A stretch of 64,000 bases of DNA from Dehalococcoidia bacterium (GCA_963665775.2 CAXXTF010000001.1:1-64000); one strand, 5' to 3'; counted from the first letter of the stretch, positions 30,423-39,284 are shown. Numbers and translations: made by a program. Notes: generated from the sequence alone by a model not told the origin.

Positions 30423-30992
30423 TTACGGACCTGAAACGGCGGCAACCGTAATGGTGGCCGTGTAAGGCGCTGCTCCCACGAACGTCTCAGCTGGGACCGC
30501 CAGATCGAAGTTGGGGTTGATGGCGTAGCTCCCCATGCCCGCATTCGTGGCCGCCGAGACGAACTTCAGTACGGCGGCGCCCGTGAAAGGAATATCCGTC
30601 AGGGCTGTCACCGAAGAGGTGGGCTTGGTGTTACCGGCCGTGACGGTTATGTTGGCGTCCAGCAACTGAATCCTGAACTTCTGGTCCGCCGCATCGATGT
30701 CGATGGTCCTGAGCGGCGTACCACCGTCAGTGAAGTCGGTGGAGATGATGGTCAAGTTCCAGCCGACTCCAGTGCCCCGGGCGTCCGTTGCCGACCAGCT
30801 GTTGGAGCCGGAGGCGCTGGTGGACACCTTGTCCGTGCCGTCCAGGGTCACGCCGCTCAGGGCGACGTTAGCCGGGGTCACGGAAAGGCTGCCACCAGTG
30901 ACCGTTACGGTTGCGGTCTCCGCGGACGCCACCACGACTGTGAGGGCGAGTACGGTGAGTGCCGCAAATATCGCTAGGAATCGCTTTTTCAC
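30423..30992 (-). CDS. WxL-like secreted protein 1
   Basis: GTG start after AGGAGG; signal peptide; DARGTGVGWNLT and LAVPAETFVGAAPYTATITVAAVSGP, typical of WxL-domain proteins. Confidence 0.8.
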   Translation of the reverse strand: MKKRFLAIFAALTVLALTVVVASAETATVTVTGGSLSVTPANVALSGVTLDGTDKVSTSASGSNSWSATDARGTGVGWNLTIISTDFTDGGTPLRTIDIDAADQKFRIQLLDANITVTAGNTKPTSSVTALTDIPFTGAAVLKFVSAATNAGMGSYAINPNFDLAVPAETFVGAAPYTATITVAAVSGP

Positions 30993-31385
30993 GTTTCTTC
31001 CTCCTGTTATCTGAATGAGGCTTGTGGGCACTACACCGGAATGCTAACCTCTAAGGGCGTCGGCGCTCACCAGCCCGATGCTTGGTGGACGGGGCGCGAG
31101 TCATGCTGGCTGTGTCCCGTCCCTACTCTTACCGCCGGTCGGTTGCCTGCGAAGGGTTCTCTTGATGCGCCCTCACCTCCTTTCCAGCAGCGTCGCGTGG
31201 CGGCCCCGCCGTCCGGCGCCGGGCCGAACGCCTCCTTTGAATTTTGGGGCTAACCGCCATCGCGGACAGGCGGTGGCGGAGGCTACCGTAAGAGAACAAA
31301 AAGAAAACTCCACGGCAAGGCCTCACTTGAGGCTCTCTCCGTGGAGTTATATTGTGTTGGCTCGACGTTGACGCCACTTCCTTCT

Positions 31386-31472
31386 CCTTCGGCAGCCCGG
31401 CGACCATAGCCTCTTCGGCGTTAGGCCCGTAACTTTGCGCCCCATCCTTTCGAATGGTTTGCCTTTATCGGG
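31386..31472 (-). ncRNA. Cyclic di-GMP-I (GEMM-I) riboswitch
   Basis: GATAAAGGCAAACCATTCGAAAGGATGGGGCGCAAAGTTACGGGCCTAA...ATGGTCGCCGGGCTGCCGAAG matches the GEMM consensus (GGCAAA, GAAA tetraloop, CGCAAAG, CTAA...ATG receptor, CCG). Confidence 0.92.
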
Positions 31473-31938
31473 ACTGGGAGCGCGCTGCGGTCAGGCTCCG
31501 TCCATTTGTGCTCCTATTCCCTGACGGTAATAGACGTATATCGCCGCCGGATGTTAGTTACCGATACACCCTATCCGTTGGGCCCTGGTAAAGAGTGAGT
31601 ACAGGCTCGGTTAACGCCATCAAACCGCTAAACGCGGACAGCGAGTTCACCAGCAACGACAGCCGAGTGAACGCGATCTAGCCGGCCATGCATCGCCAGG
31701 GCGGCGGGAAACGGTGCGAAAGAGAGACGAAATCCGCATGCCCCATAAGCGTTACGTTAAGTAAGGGAGTACCCAAGGGCGACATCGCTGTCCTTCACCG
31801 CCTCGACGAGCACCACGACAAGGTTATGGACGCTCTCCTAAGGGGCTGACTTGCTTCAGGTTGCCGTCACCCGGGGCGGACGACCGGCCAAAATCCACCA
31901 CGATCGGTCCCGGAACTAAACTTTTAGATACAAAATGT

Positions 31939-32025
31939 TGGTGCCGAGGGCGGGGTTCGAACCCGCACGTCCTCGCGGACAGCGGATTTTAAGTCCGCCG
32001 CGTCTGCCGATTCCGCCACCCCGGC
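31939..32025 (-). tRNA. tRNA-Leu(TAA)
   Basis: GCCGGGGTGGCGGAATCGGCAGACGCG-GCGGA-CTTAAAA-TCCGC, long variable arm, GGTTCGAACCC...GGCACCA; 87 nt. Confidence 0.97.
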
Positions 32026-32092
32026 CATATCTATATTACCGCTCTTTCTGCCCAGACTCCTTAACATTTGATCACCAAATGGTCACAACCGC

Positions 32093-33235
32093 TCAGATAC
32101 TCTCTCGGACGTTGCGTAGTGAGACATCCAGCGCACGGACCGCCTCAGCCTGCAGTCCCGGGAGAACGTGGCTGTAAATGTCCATCGTGATCGCGATTCC
32201 GCTATGCCCCAGACGTTCGGATACTATTTTCGGATGCACACCCTGCTGAAGCAAGAGGCTGGCGTGAACATGGCGCAGATCATGGAAGCGGAGGGGGGAT
32301 AGGCCGGCCGACTTTACTGCCTTTCTGAAGGCGCGCCTGACGGCGTCTGGGTGCAGCGGCCCACCGGCGTCAGCAGCGAACACAAGGTCCCTGTCGTCGT
32401 AGAGAGCACCGACCACGAGTCGACTCTCCAGCTGCTCCCTGCGATGCCGACGTAGTCGGTCAATCGTAGAGAGACCAATGGCAACGGGGCGGGCACCTCT
32501 GTGGCTCTTGGGCTGGCGGAAGGTGGGGGCCTGCCTGGACAGCCACTGTAGGGCCTGCCGAACGTAGACCACACCTCCGTCCAGATCCAAGTCTTGCCAC
32601 CGCAGGCCCAGCACCTCGCCCAGCCGCAGGCCAGTCATGGCAGCGGTGCGGACTAGGGGACCATGGGGCGTGGAGGCCTCTGCCGCCTCGATGAGGCTGC
32701 CTACTGCCTCAAGAGTGAGCATGGGCACCTGATGGCGAGCGGGGCTTGGCGGCTCCACGGCGTCAGCGGGATTCCGTGGCAAGAGCTGCCACTTGAGGGC
32801 TTGCTGGAGGGCCTCGCGCACGACCCGGTGAAGCTGGAGTACCGTCCTCGGAGCCCGGCCCCGCGCTAGAAGCTGACGGTAGCACTCTTGCATGTGCAGG
32901 GGGCGTAGCTTCGCTAGGGGAAGGCTTCCCAGGTACGGGATCACGTGAATCCGCAGCAGTTCCGCATAGCGCTTCTGTGTGCTGGGCGCAAGTCTGGCCT
33001 CGCCATAATCCCGCAGCCACAGCTCAAGGTATTCCCCTAGAGTTAGCTTGCCAGGCGGGGCGTCGATGCCCTGGTCCCGCTGGTAGAGGAGCTGCGCTAA
33101 GAGGGCTTCTGCCTCTCTCTTGGTCCCTTTCACGGCGCGGCGCACTTGTCGGCGCCTTCCCGTCAGCGGGTCTTTGCCAAGGTCAATGACGACTGACCAC
33201 GACTCCTTGCCGCGCTTCTTAATGTGTCCGGCCAT
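32093..33235 (-). CDS. Tyrosine recombinase/integrase
   Basis: TGLRLGEVLGLRW, RFHDLRH, RLGHS...TMDIYSH; N-terminal arm-binding domain. Confidence 0.96.
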   Translation of the reverse strand: MAGHIKKRGKESWSVVIDLGKDPLTGRRRQVRRAVKGTKREAEALLAQLLYQRDQGIDAPPGKLTLGEYLELWLRDYGEARLAPSTQKRYAELLRIHVIPYLGSLPLAKLRPLHMQECYRQLLARGRAPRTVLQLHRVVREALQQALKWQLLPRNPADAVEPPSPARHQVPMLTLEAVGSLIEAAEASTPHGPLVRTAAMTGLRLGEVLGLRWQDLDLDGGVVYVRQALQWLSRQAPTFRQPKSHRGARPVAIGLSTIDRLRRHRREQLESRLVVGALYDDRDLVFAADAGGPLHPDAVRRAFRKAVKSAGLSPLRFHDLRHVHASLLLQQGVHPKIVSERLGHSGIAITMDIYSHVLPGLQAEAVRALDVSLRNVRESI

Positions 33236-33252
33236 GTTACCCTCCTGTCCTG

Positions 33253-34230
33253 CTATGGGGTTGTGTGCCGCTTGCGCTGTCGCCGTTGCCGGTGCCGAAG
33301 AGCGCAGCGGCTCTCACGTTCAAAATCGGCCTTAGGGCAGAATCTTTGACGCCTGTCATTGGGAAAGAAGAGCGTGCCGCAATCGAGGCACTCCCGTGTG
33401 GCACTCTCGGAAATTATGTTGGCCAGATGCCAATACGTCGCGCTAATAAGCGAATCAGAGAAGAACCGCATCCCGAATTGCGGTGATACTTGCTCGCTAA
33501 TACCCAAATAAGAATCCCCGAGGGTCCTGTTTGAACTGATTTGGCGGTAAACACCCGTTAGATTCCTATTCATTACGGACTCAATGATTTGATGAGCGAT
33601 CACCCTAGGATCGATTGTCTTGAGCTGCCAACTACACATAGCGATCGCATCGCGATCCCCGAAGACCAGGGCTGGCGACCAGTCGTTATCTGCACGTTGC
33701 TCGTATCGTTGGAGATTGACAATACGGGCATTCACTTCTGAAAATCGGCGCTTCTGAAGCAGCCTCGTGGCCACCGAATCAATTCCGAATGCTTCCACCG
33801 GCAATCGAAGACCGGTGAGATACTCTTGAATCTTCGTAGGATCACCATTCGCCAGTAATCGGCTCAGTTCCAAGACCGTTCTAATTCCATTGGCATGGGC
33901 CCAAACCCAGCCCATTGGGTCTCCACCAGAAGGCTTTATTCGGTTTCGCTGGGTGGGTTCGATGAGGTTGCTATAACCAAGAAGTCCCCACCGCCGTGCA
34001 AGCGCTGTGGCAGCTGCTTCGTCGCCCGGATGCAGCCGCCCAATTTCACCTACAGCCGGGAAGGCAGTGGCAAATAGGTATACGCGTCTCTCAATGTCGG
34101 TTGTTGGCGACATGACTCCTTCCTGAATTTGATAGTCCGCGTCCACGTACTGGAGAGAAAAGTTTCGTAGGCGACGCGCCTCGCCGACATCATCATCAGA
34201 CGGTGTTATCAGCCGATCGTTATCGGGCAT
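33253..34230 (-). CDS. Hypothetical protein with a C-terminal CGNR-like zinc finger (putative regulator)
   Basis: CLDCGTLF...RQRFCP...SRCALRHRQRRQR. Confidence 0.7.
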   Translation of the reverse strand: MPDNDRLITPSDDDVGEARRLRNFSLQYVDADYQIQEGVMSPTTDIERRVYLFATAFPAVGEIGRLHPGDEAAATALARRWGLLGYSNLIEPTQRNRIKPSGGDPMGWVWAHANGIRTVLELSRLLANGDPTKIQEYLTGLRLPVEAFGIDSVATRLLQKRRFSEVNARIVNLQRYEQRADNDWSPALVFGDRDAIAMCSWQLKTIDPRVIAHQIIESVMNRNLTGVYRQISSNRTLGDSYLGISEQVSPQFGMRFFSDSLISATYWHLANIISESATRECLDCGTLFFPNDRRQRFCPKADFERESRCALRHRQRRQRKRHTTP

Positions 34231-34254
34231 GGTTTCTTCCTATGTAACGACAAC

Positions 34255-34285
34255 GTAACGGTAATATATACATCTATACCGTTAC
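34255..34285. promoter_or_regulatory. Inverted repeat in the divergent intergenic switch region
   Basis: GTAACGGTA-N13-TACCGTTAC around an AT-rich core. Confidence 0.55.
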
Positions 34286-34290
34286 ATATC

Positions 34291-34542
34291 ATGCCCCGAT
34301 GGTATACGATGAACGTGGAAATGTCAACATGGGAGGGGATGATAATGGAAGAAACGGGAAAAATCACCTACACAGTGGACCAATGCGCCGTTTTGCTCGG
34401 ATTGTCTCGTAATTCCACCTATGTCGCGATCGCCAGGGGCGAAATTCCTGCGCTACGCCTAGGCCGGCGCATAGTGGTGCCGAGGGCGGCGCTGGAGCAA
34501 TTGCTGGCTTCTGCGGGCAAGAAGCTGCCGGAAGAAGCGTAG
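34291..34542 (+). CDS. Excisionase-family HTH DNA-binding protein
   Basis: TYTVDQCAVLLGLSRNSTYVAIARGEIPALRLGRRIVVPR; true start probably MEETG. Confidence 0.9.
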   Translation: MPRWYTMNVEMSTWEGMIMEETGKITYTVDQCAVLLGLSRNSTYVAIARGEIPALRLGRRIVVPRAALEQLLASAGKKLPEEA

Positions 34543-34546
34543 TCGA

Positions 34547-36172
34547 TTGGTCACCGAGCTTGCCGGAGTCTTATCGCGGCTTGAAGACGTCAGCAAGCCT
34601 GACGACAAAGGGTACTACCAGGCCGTGTGTCCCTTCCACAAGGAGAAGAGGACCGCCTTAGACTTGCACGCTGTGGCTGGATATAACTGCCATGGCGGAT
34701 GCGGTAGCGGATCCTTGGTGGAGCTAGAAGCACTCCTTGACCTCAGATCTCTGAGTCACAGGCTTCCAGACTGGTCGGGTATCACACCAAGGCACATCGC
34801 CGAGCTGACTGACGTGGTCCGCTTTCCTCTCACTGAATCAGGCAACGCGTCCGTGTTCGCCCACTTGTTCGGCGACGGGGTTCGGTTCCTTCACAGGCAG
34901 GGCGTAGGCGGGGCCGCAGCCGGTGACTGGTACATCTGGGATGGGGTCCGATGGGCTCGGGACGCGGTTGGCGAGGTGGTGGAGATGGCCAAGGTCGTTG
35001 GCCGGGCGAGGAGGCTAGCGGCGGACAGGATCTCCGATCCAGAGGTTGCCAAGAAGGCATGGACGGCGGCAAAGACCGCTAATGGTCGCTACGGCATCAA
35101 CGCCATGCTCGACCTTGCTCGGAGCCTGCCCGGTATCCGCCTGGCCCAAGGCTCCTTCGACCTCGACCCGTGGCCGCTGTGTGTAATCAACGGCACTGTT
35201 GACCTGAAGACAGGTCAGCTACGGGATTCCAAGCCAGAGGATCTCCTGTCCATGCAAGCCGGGGTGGCGTTTGATGCGAACGCCAAGTGTCCAACTTGGC
35301 TGAAGTTTCTTGATGAAGTGTTCTTGAGGGATCAGGAATTGATTGGGTTTGTGCAGCGGCTGGTGGGACATGCCCTAAATGGTCAACCAGCCGTTTACTT
35401 CGCTATCTTCTGGGGTCCTGGTCGAAATGGAAAGAGCACGTTTATTGGAGTGATCCAGGAGCTTCTTGGTGACTACGCTGCCCAGGCACAGATCACCACC
35501 TTCATGCCCCAACGGGCGGAGAAGGTGAGAAACGACCTGGCGCGGCTACTCGGTAAGCGCCTGGTGGGCGCAACTGAGCAGGCTCAGGGCTGGCCCCTCG
35601 ATGAGGGGGTCGTCAAGCAAGTAACCGGTGGTGATAGGGTCGTTGCCCGCTACCTGTACCATGAGCATGAGGAGAAGGTGCCCTTCTTCAAGGTGTGGCT
35701 GGCTGTCAACCATAAGCCCGAGATTGTAGATACCAGCGTAGCAATGTGGGAGCGCTTAGTTATCGTTCCGTTCCTGGCTATCTTCCTGAGGGGAGACGCT
35801 GACCTAGGAATGCGAGACAAGTTGCTGGCAGAGCGGGCGGGAATCCTGAACTGGGCCATTATAGGTTGCCTGACATGGCAGAAGGACGGCCTTAATCCGC
35901 CAAAATCTGTATTGTCTGCAACGGCTGAGTACCGGGAGGAAAGTGACCCGGTGTCTAGGTGGATCGAGGAGAGCTGTGATCTGGGCAAGGGTAAGTCGGT
36001 CAGTGCGGCCATCCTGCATGAATACTACGATCGCTGGGCGAGGGCATATGGCGAGGAGCGGATGAGCCAGAAGAAGTTCGGGACCAGACTGTCGGCCCTC
36101 GGATTTCAGCGCAGGAAAGACTCGAAGGGGTCGATCATTTACGACGGGATCGACCTGGCGATAAAGCCGTGA
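34547..36172 (+). CDS. P4-family/D5-like SF3 helicase with an N-terminal CHC2-type zinc finger
   Basis: CPFH...CHGGC; D5_N (TESGNA...WDGVRW...NGTVDLKTG); Walker A GPGRNGKST; KQVTGGD; C-terminal winged helix. Confidence 0.92.
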   Translation: MVTELAGVLSRLEDVSKPDDKGYYQAVCPFHKEKRTALDLHAVAGYNCHGGCGSGSLVELEALLDLRSLSHRLPDWSGITPRHIAELTDVVRFPLTESGNASVFAHLFGDGVRFLHRQGVGGAAAGDWYIWDGVRWARDAVGEVVEMAKVVGRARRLAADRISDPEVAKKAWTAAKTANGRYGINAMLDLARSLPGIRLAQGSFDLDPWPLCVINGTVDLKTGQLRDSKPEDLLSMQAGVAFDANAKCPTWLKFLDEVFLRDQELIGFVQRLVGHALNGQPAVYFAIFWGPGRNGKSTFIGVIQELLGDYAAQAQITTFMPQRAEKVRNDLARLLGKRLVGATEQAQGWPLDEGVVKQVTGGDRVVARYLYHEHEEKVPFFKVWLAVNHKPEIVDTSVAMWERLVIVPFLAIFLRGDADLGMRDKLLAERAGILNWAIIGCLTWQKDGLNPPKSVLSATAEYREESDPVSRWIEESCDLGKGKSVSAAILHEYYDRWARAYGEERMSQKKFGTRLSALGFQRRKDSKGSIIYDGIDLAIKP

Positions 36173-36190
36173 GTGCCGTAGACAGCCACG

Positions 36191-36283
36191 GTACGGAGGG
36201 TACGGATGATCGATGCGGAAAATTCCCCGGTAAAAATTGAAAATGATGGTGGGGTTTGTCGCATAAACCCTCCGTACCCTCCG
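36191..36283. other. Putative replication origin (inverted iterons around an AT-rich spacer)
   Basis: CGGAGGGTACGGA at 36194..36206 and its reverse complement TCCGTACCCTCCG at 36271..36283, directly after the helicase gene. Confidence 0.6.
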
Positions 36284-36503
36284 GCCAACGTTACCACGAC
36301 ATTTCCGTATTGGGCGGTCATTCCATCCATGGTATCTGCGAAGTCTGCTTAGCAATTGCCCAACACCACGGATCAGGATGGTCCCAGGTGGTCTTCGATG
36401 GACTGCAGCGAGCAGGTGATGGACGTGACCTTGCCCCCGAAAACGAGTCCAGGCCCAATGTTAGTAATCAGGGGTTCTGGACCAGAGAAAGGGGGCAGAA
36501 GGA

Positions 36504-36782
36504 TTGGGCAGGCAGCATCACACGGCAGAGGAGATCATCAACAAGTTGAGGGAGGCGGAGGTCGGGCTGGCTAAGGGCCTGGCTGTGCCCGAGGTCTGCA
36601 GGAAGCTGGGCGTGGCAGAGCAGACCTACTACCGCTGGCGGAAGGAGTACGGCGGCCTGAGGAGGGAGCAGGCCAAGCGGCTGCGGGAGCTGGAGCAGGA
36701 GAACCTGCGGCTGAAGAAGCTGGTAGCCGATCTCTCCCTGGACAACGCCATCCTGAAGGAGGCGGCGCAGGGAAACTTCTGA
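36504..36782 (+). CDS. IS3-family transposase OrfA
   Basis: Ends with the GGGAAAC slippery heptamer at 36770..36776. Confidence 0.93.
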   Translation: MGRQHHTAEEIINKLREAEVGLAKGLAVPEVCRKLGVAEQTYYRWRKEYGGLRREQAKRLRELEQENLRLKKLVADLSLDNAILKEAAQGNF

Positions 36783-36805
36783 GCCCGGCCAAGAGACGAC
36801 AGGCG

Positions 36806-37669
36806 GTGGTCTGGGTGCGGAATGCGTTGGGCCACGCGGTCATCTCGGAGCGCCGGGCCTGCCAGGCCCTGGGGCAGGAGCGATCGACGCAGCGACGGTG
36901 GGGTTCTCCTCCCGACGATGAAGGGAGGCTGCTGAGGCGGATGGTGGAGCTAGCGACCGAGTACGGGCGCTACGGTTACCGACGGGTGACCGCCCTGCTG
37001 CGAGAGGAGGGTTTTCGGGTGAACCACAAGCGGGTAGAGCGGCTCTGGCGGCGGGAAGGGCTGAAGGTGCCGGCGAAGCAGCCGAAGCGGAGGCGGCTAT
37101 GGCTGACCGATGGCTCCTGCGTTAGGCTCAGGCCGACTGAGCCCAACCACGTCTGGAGCTACGACTTCGTGTTTACCCGCACCAGCGACGGCCGTCCCCT
37201 GCGGCTCTTGACGGTGCTGGACGAGTTCACAAGGGAGTGCCTGGCTATCCAGGTGGCGAGGCAGATCACCAGTGATGACGTGCTGGCAGAGCTGGCCCAG
37301 CTCTTCGTCGAGCGCGGGACGCCTCGCTACCTGCGCTCGGACAACGGGCCAGAGTTCACGGCACGTGCGCTCCGGACCTGGCTAGAGCGGGTAGGCGTGC
37401 AGACTCTGTATATCGAGCCCGGGAGCCCCTGGGAGAACGGCTACATCGAGTCGTTCAATGGGAAGCTACGTGATGAACTATTGAATGGGGAGGTGTTCGA
37501 CACGGTGCTGGAAGCACAGGTCCTCTGCGAGCGGTGGCGACGGAACTACAACGAGGTGCGCCCGCATAGCGCTCTCGGCTACCGGCCGCCAGCACCGCAA
37601 GCGATCGTGCCATGGCCGGGCTCCACCGCGCCATCCCTGGAGACTACGGCGATGGCCACACTAACATAG
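36806..37669 (+). CDS. IS3-family transposase OrfB (DDE/rve)
   Basis: DDE motifs as in copy 2. Confidence 0.95.
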   Translation: MVWVRNALGHAVISERRACQALGQERSTQRRWGSPPDDEGRLLRRMVELATEYGRYGYRRVTALLREEGFRVNHKRVERLWRREGLKVPAKQPKRRRLWLTDGSCVRLRPTEPNHVWSYDFVFTRTSDGRPLRLLTVLDEFTRECLAIQVARQITSDDVLAELAQLFVERGTPRYLRSDNGPEFTARALRTWLERVGVQTLYIEPGSPWENGYIESFNGKLRDELLNGEVFDTVLEAQVLCERWRRNYNEVRPHSALGYRPPAPQAIVPWPGSTAPSLETTAMATLT

Positions 37670-37698
37670 CCTGTGGTAGCGTTTAGGGGGGCAGGTCA

Positions 37699-37858
37699 AC
37701 ATGACGGTTCCGGCCGCAACAGAAGCAGCACCGAATGCCCGGACGCTAGCCCTCGCACCCCTGCGATACAGGACGATGCCGCCTGCAATTCCCGCCGCAC
37801 CGGGTATGCCTATTATCGCTAGAATGACGAAGCCATTTACTTCAATGCCGAAGTCCAT
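37699..37858 (-). pseudogene. Small membrane protein truncated at its 3' end by IS copy 3
   Basis: AAGGAG RBS; two hydrophobic segments; reads into the IS right end. Confidence 0.6.
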
Positions 37859-38009
37859 TTGCGTTCTCCTTTGATAGGGTACGCACGGTTGAACCGCTCC
37901 TATCCCCCTAGACGGATTGCAGCGCCGAGAAGTTCCAATCCTCCGGCAACCGTTGGTCCGGTCAGGTGAACAGCCGTGACCTCAGCACATGCGCGGGTAC
38001 GGCTCACTC

Positions 38010-38042
38010 CCAGAATTCTGAAAAATCTCGAAGCGAGCCCTC
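38010..38042 (+). repeat. 33-bp direct repeat, copy 1
   Basis: CCAGAATTCTGAAAAATCTCGAAGCGAGCCCTC, also at 39189..39221. Confidence 0.9.
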
Positions 38043-38084
38043 TCCCCCACTCACCTCAGGAGGTCAATTGGGGACGCTTCAGCC

Positions 38085-38300
38085 TCAGCGGACTAGGTCG
38101 CAGATGTCTACGCCCAGAGCCTTGGCCAGCCTCTCTAAATTGACTAGGGAGACGTTTCGCTCCCCTCGCTCAGCCGAGCTCACATAGGTCCTGTGTAGGC
38201 CAGCCCGGAAGGCCAGCTCCTCCTGGGATAGTCCACGCTCCAGCCGGAGTTACCGGAGCCGTTGTCCAAATCTCGCCTTGATATCTGTGCTCGGCGGCAT
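38085..38300 (-). pseudogene. Restriction-modification controller (C) protein-like XRE regulator with an internal TAA at 38250..38252
   Basis: [63 protein letters not shown]. Confidence 0.85.
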
Positions 38301-38332
38301 AGTAGCCCTCGTGGGGACAATGAAGGCTTGCA

Positions 38333-38362
38333 GCCGATGGGTCTACAGACTATAAGTAGCAT
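38333..38362 (-). promoter_or_regulatory. C-box operator
   Basis: ATGCTACTTATAGTCTGTAGACCCATCGGC upstream of the C-like gene; ACT-TAT-AGT-C-TGT-AGA pattern of C.PvuII/C.Esp1396I-type operators. Confidence 0.7.
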
Positions 38363-38402
38363 ACTAAGAGAAGAGCTTGATCGGACTTGGAGGTAGAGCA
38401 CT

Positions 38403-39149
38403 GTGAGGATGTTAATCTTGCCGTTGACTCTTTGGGTGGCGATGCTGGCCCTTGCGTGCGGCGAGGGGTCAGGGCCAGGACTCGAAGTCCGCGTACAGAC
38501 AGCAACTGAGACACCCATGTTGACATCAGCACCAACGCCTGCGGCCACTCCAGCTTATAACCGTTGGGGGCAAGCGGCTGTCTACGAGAATGGGTGGGAC
38601 AATGTCAAAAGCTGGTGTGACAAATCGCCTACCAGCCTCGATCCATTCCTGTTCTTGGACGATGAACGCTGTATAGAGGAGGCTATGAGATTTGACCGCG
38701 CTAGGTCGGAAGCAATTGAGTTCTTCCAAGCCACTGGGCTCTTCCTTCGCGACTTCGAAGAACTGGGGCTCGTAGATTATGGCCGGGCGAGTGCACCGTG
38801 GTCAAATCAAAACCGGGGGGAGGACTTCCTCTTGAACGGTAGTCCCGATACTCTGCCCTTGTGGAGCCTCGTACCCCCTGATTCAATATGGCAGTATGAG
38901 CCAAGCTATTCTGAGATGCTGGAGCGCTACGGCTACGGCCCTGGTCGGCCATATCCCTGGAAGGAATACGGGAGCCTGGTCGAGAGTGTGCAAGCAGATG
39001 GAGGCGGACAACGCCTGCTGTTCGACTACCCTATCAAAGAGTGTCGTGTCTGCGAGACGGTTGGCTTCTTGCGAGTGGCGTTCGTTTTCGACGCCAGGGG
39101 GCAGTTCATCGATACCCAAATTCTCCCTCTAGTTCCGCCTCGCGAGTAG
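38403..39149 (+). CDS. Hypothetical lipoprotein (island cargo)
   Basis: GGAGG RBS; lipobox LALAC; PT-rich linker; CRVC. Confidence 0.75.
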   Translation: MRMLILPLTLWVAMLALACGEGSGPGLEVRVQTATETPMLTSAPTPAATPAYNRWGQAAVYENGWDNVKSWCDKSPTSLDPFLFLDDERCIEEAMRFDRARSEAIEFFQATGLFLRDFEELGLVDYGRASAPWSNQNRGEDFLLNGSPDTLPLWSLVPPDSIWQYEPSYSEMLERYGYGPGRPYPWKEYGSLVESVQADGGGQRLLFDYPIKECRVCETVGFLRVAFVFDARGQFIDTQILPLVPPRE

Positions 39150-39188
39150 CCCGCGCAAGATGAAACCTGCTGGTGCCGAGGTCGATTT

Positions 39189-39221
39189 CCAGAATTCTGA
39201 AAAATCTCGAAGCGAGCCCTC
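39189..39221 (+). repeat. 33-bp direct repeat, copy 2
   Basis: Identical to 38010..38042. Confidence 0.9.
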
Positions 39222-39284
39222 CTCCCTCAAGGACCGAGTCGCCGAGTGGGGACGCTTCGCGCCAGGCACCGATCCGGTTCAGGC

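Larger units (their letters stand above)
36426..37698 (+). mobile_element. IS3-family insertion sequence, copy 3 (1273 bp)
   Basis: Same ends and ORFs as copy 2; flanks GACG and ACAT show no target duplication. Confidence 0.96.

Noticed and set aside
31386-31472. Possible 3',3'-cGAMP (GEMM-Ib) variant of the riboswitch
   Set aside because: The discriminating position (G20 in Vc2 numbering, the first G of GGCAAA) is G rather than A, which favours c-di-GMP
32093-39149. Complete prophage
   Set aside because: No terminase, portal, capsid, tail or lysis genes; only about 7.5 kb including an IS
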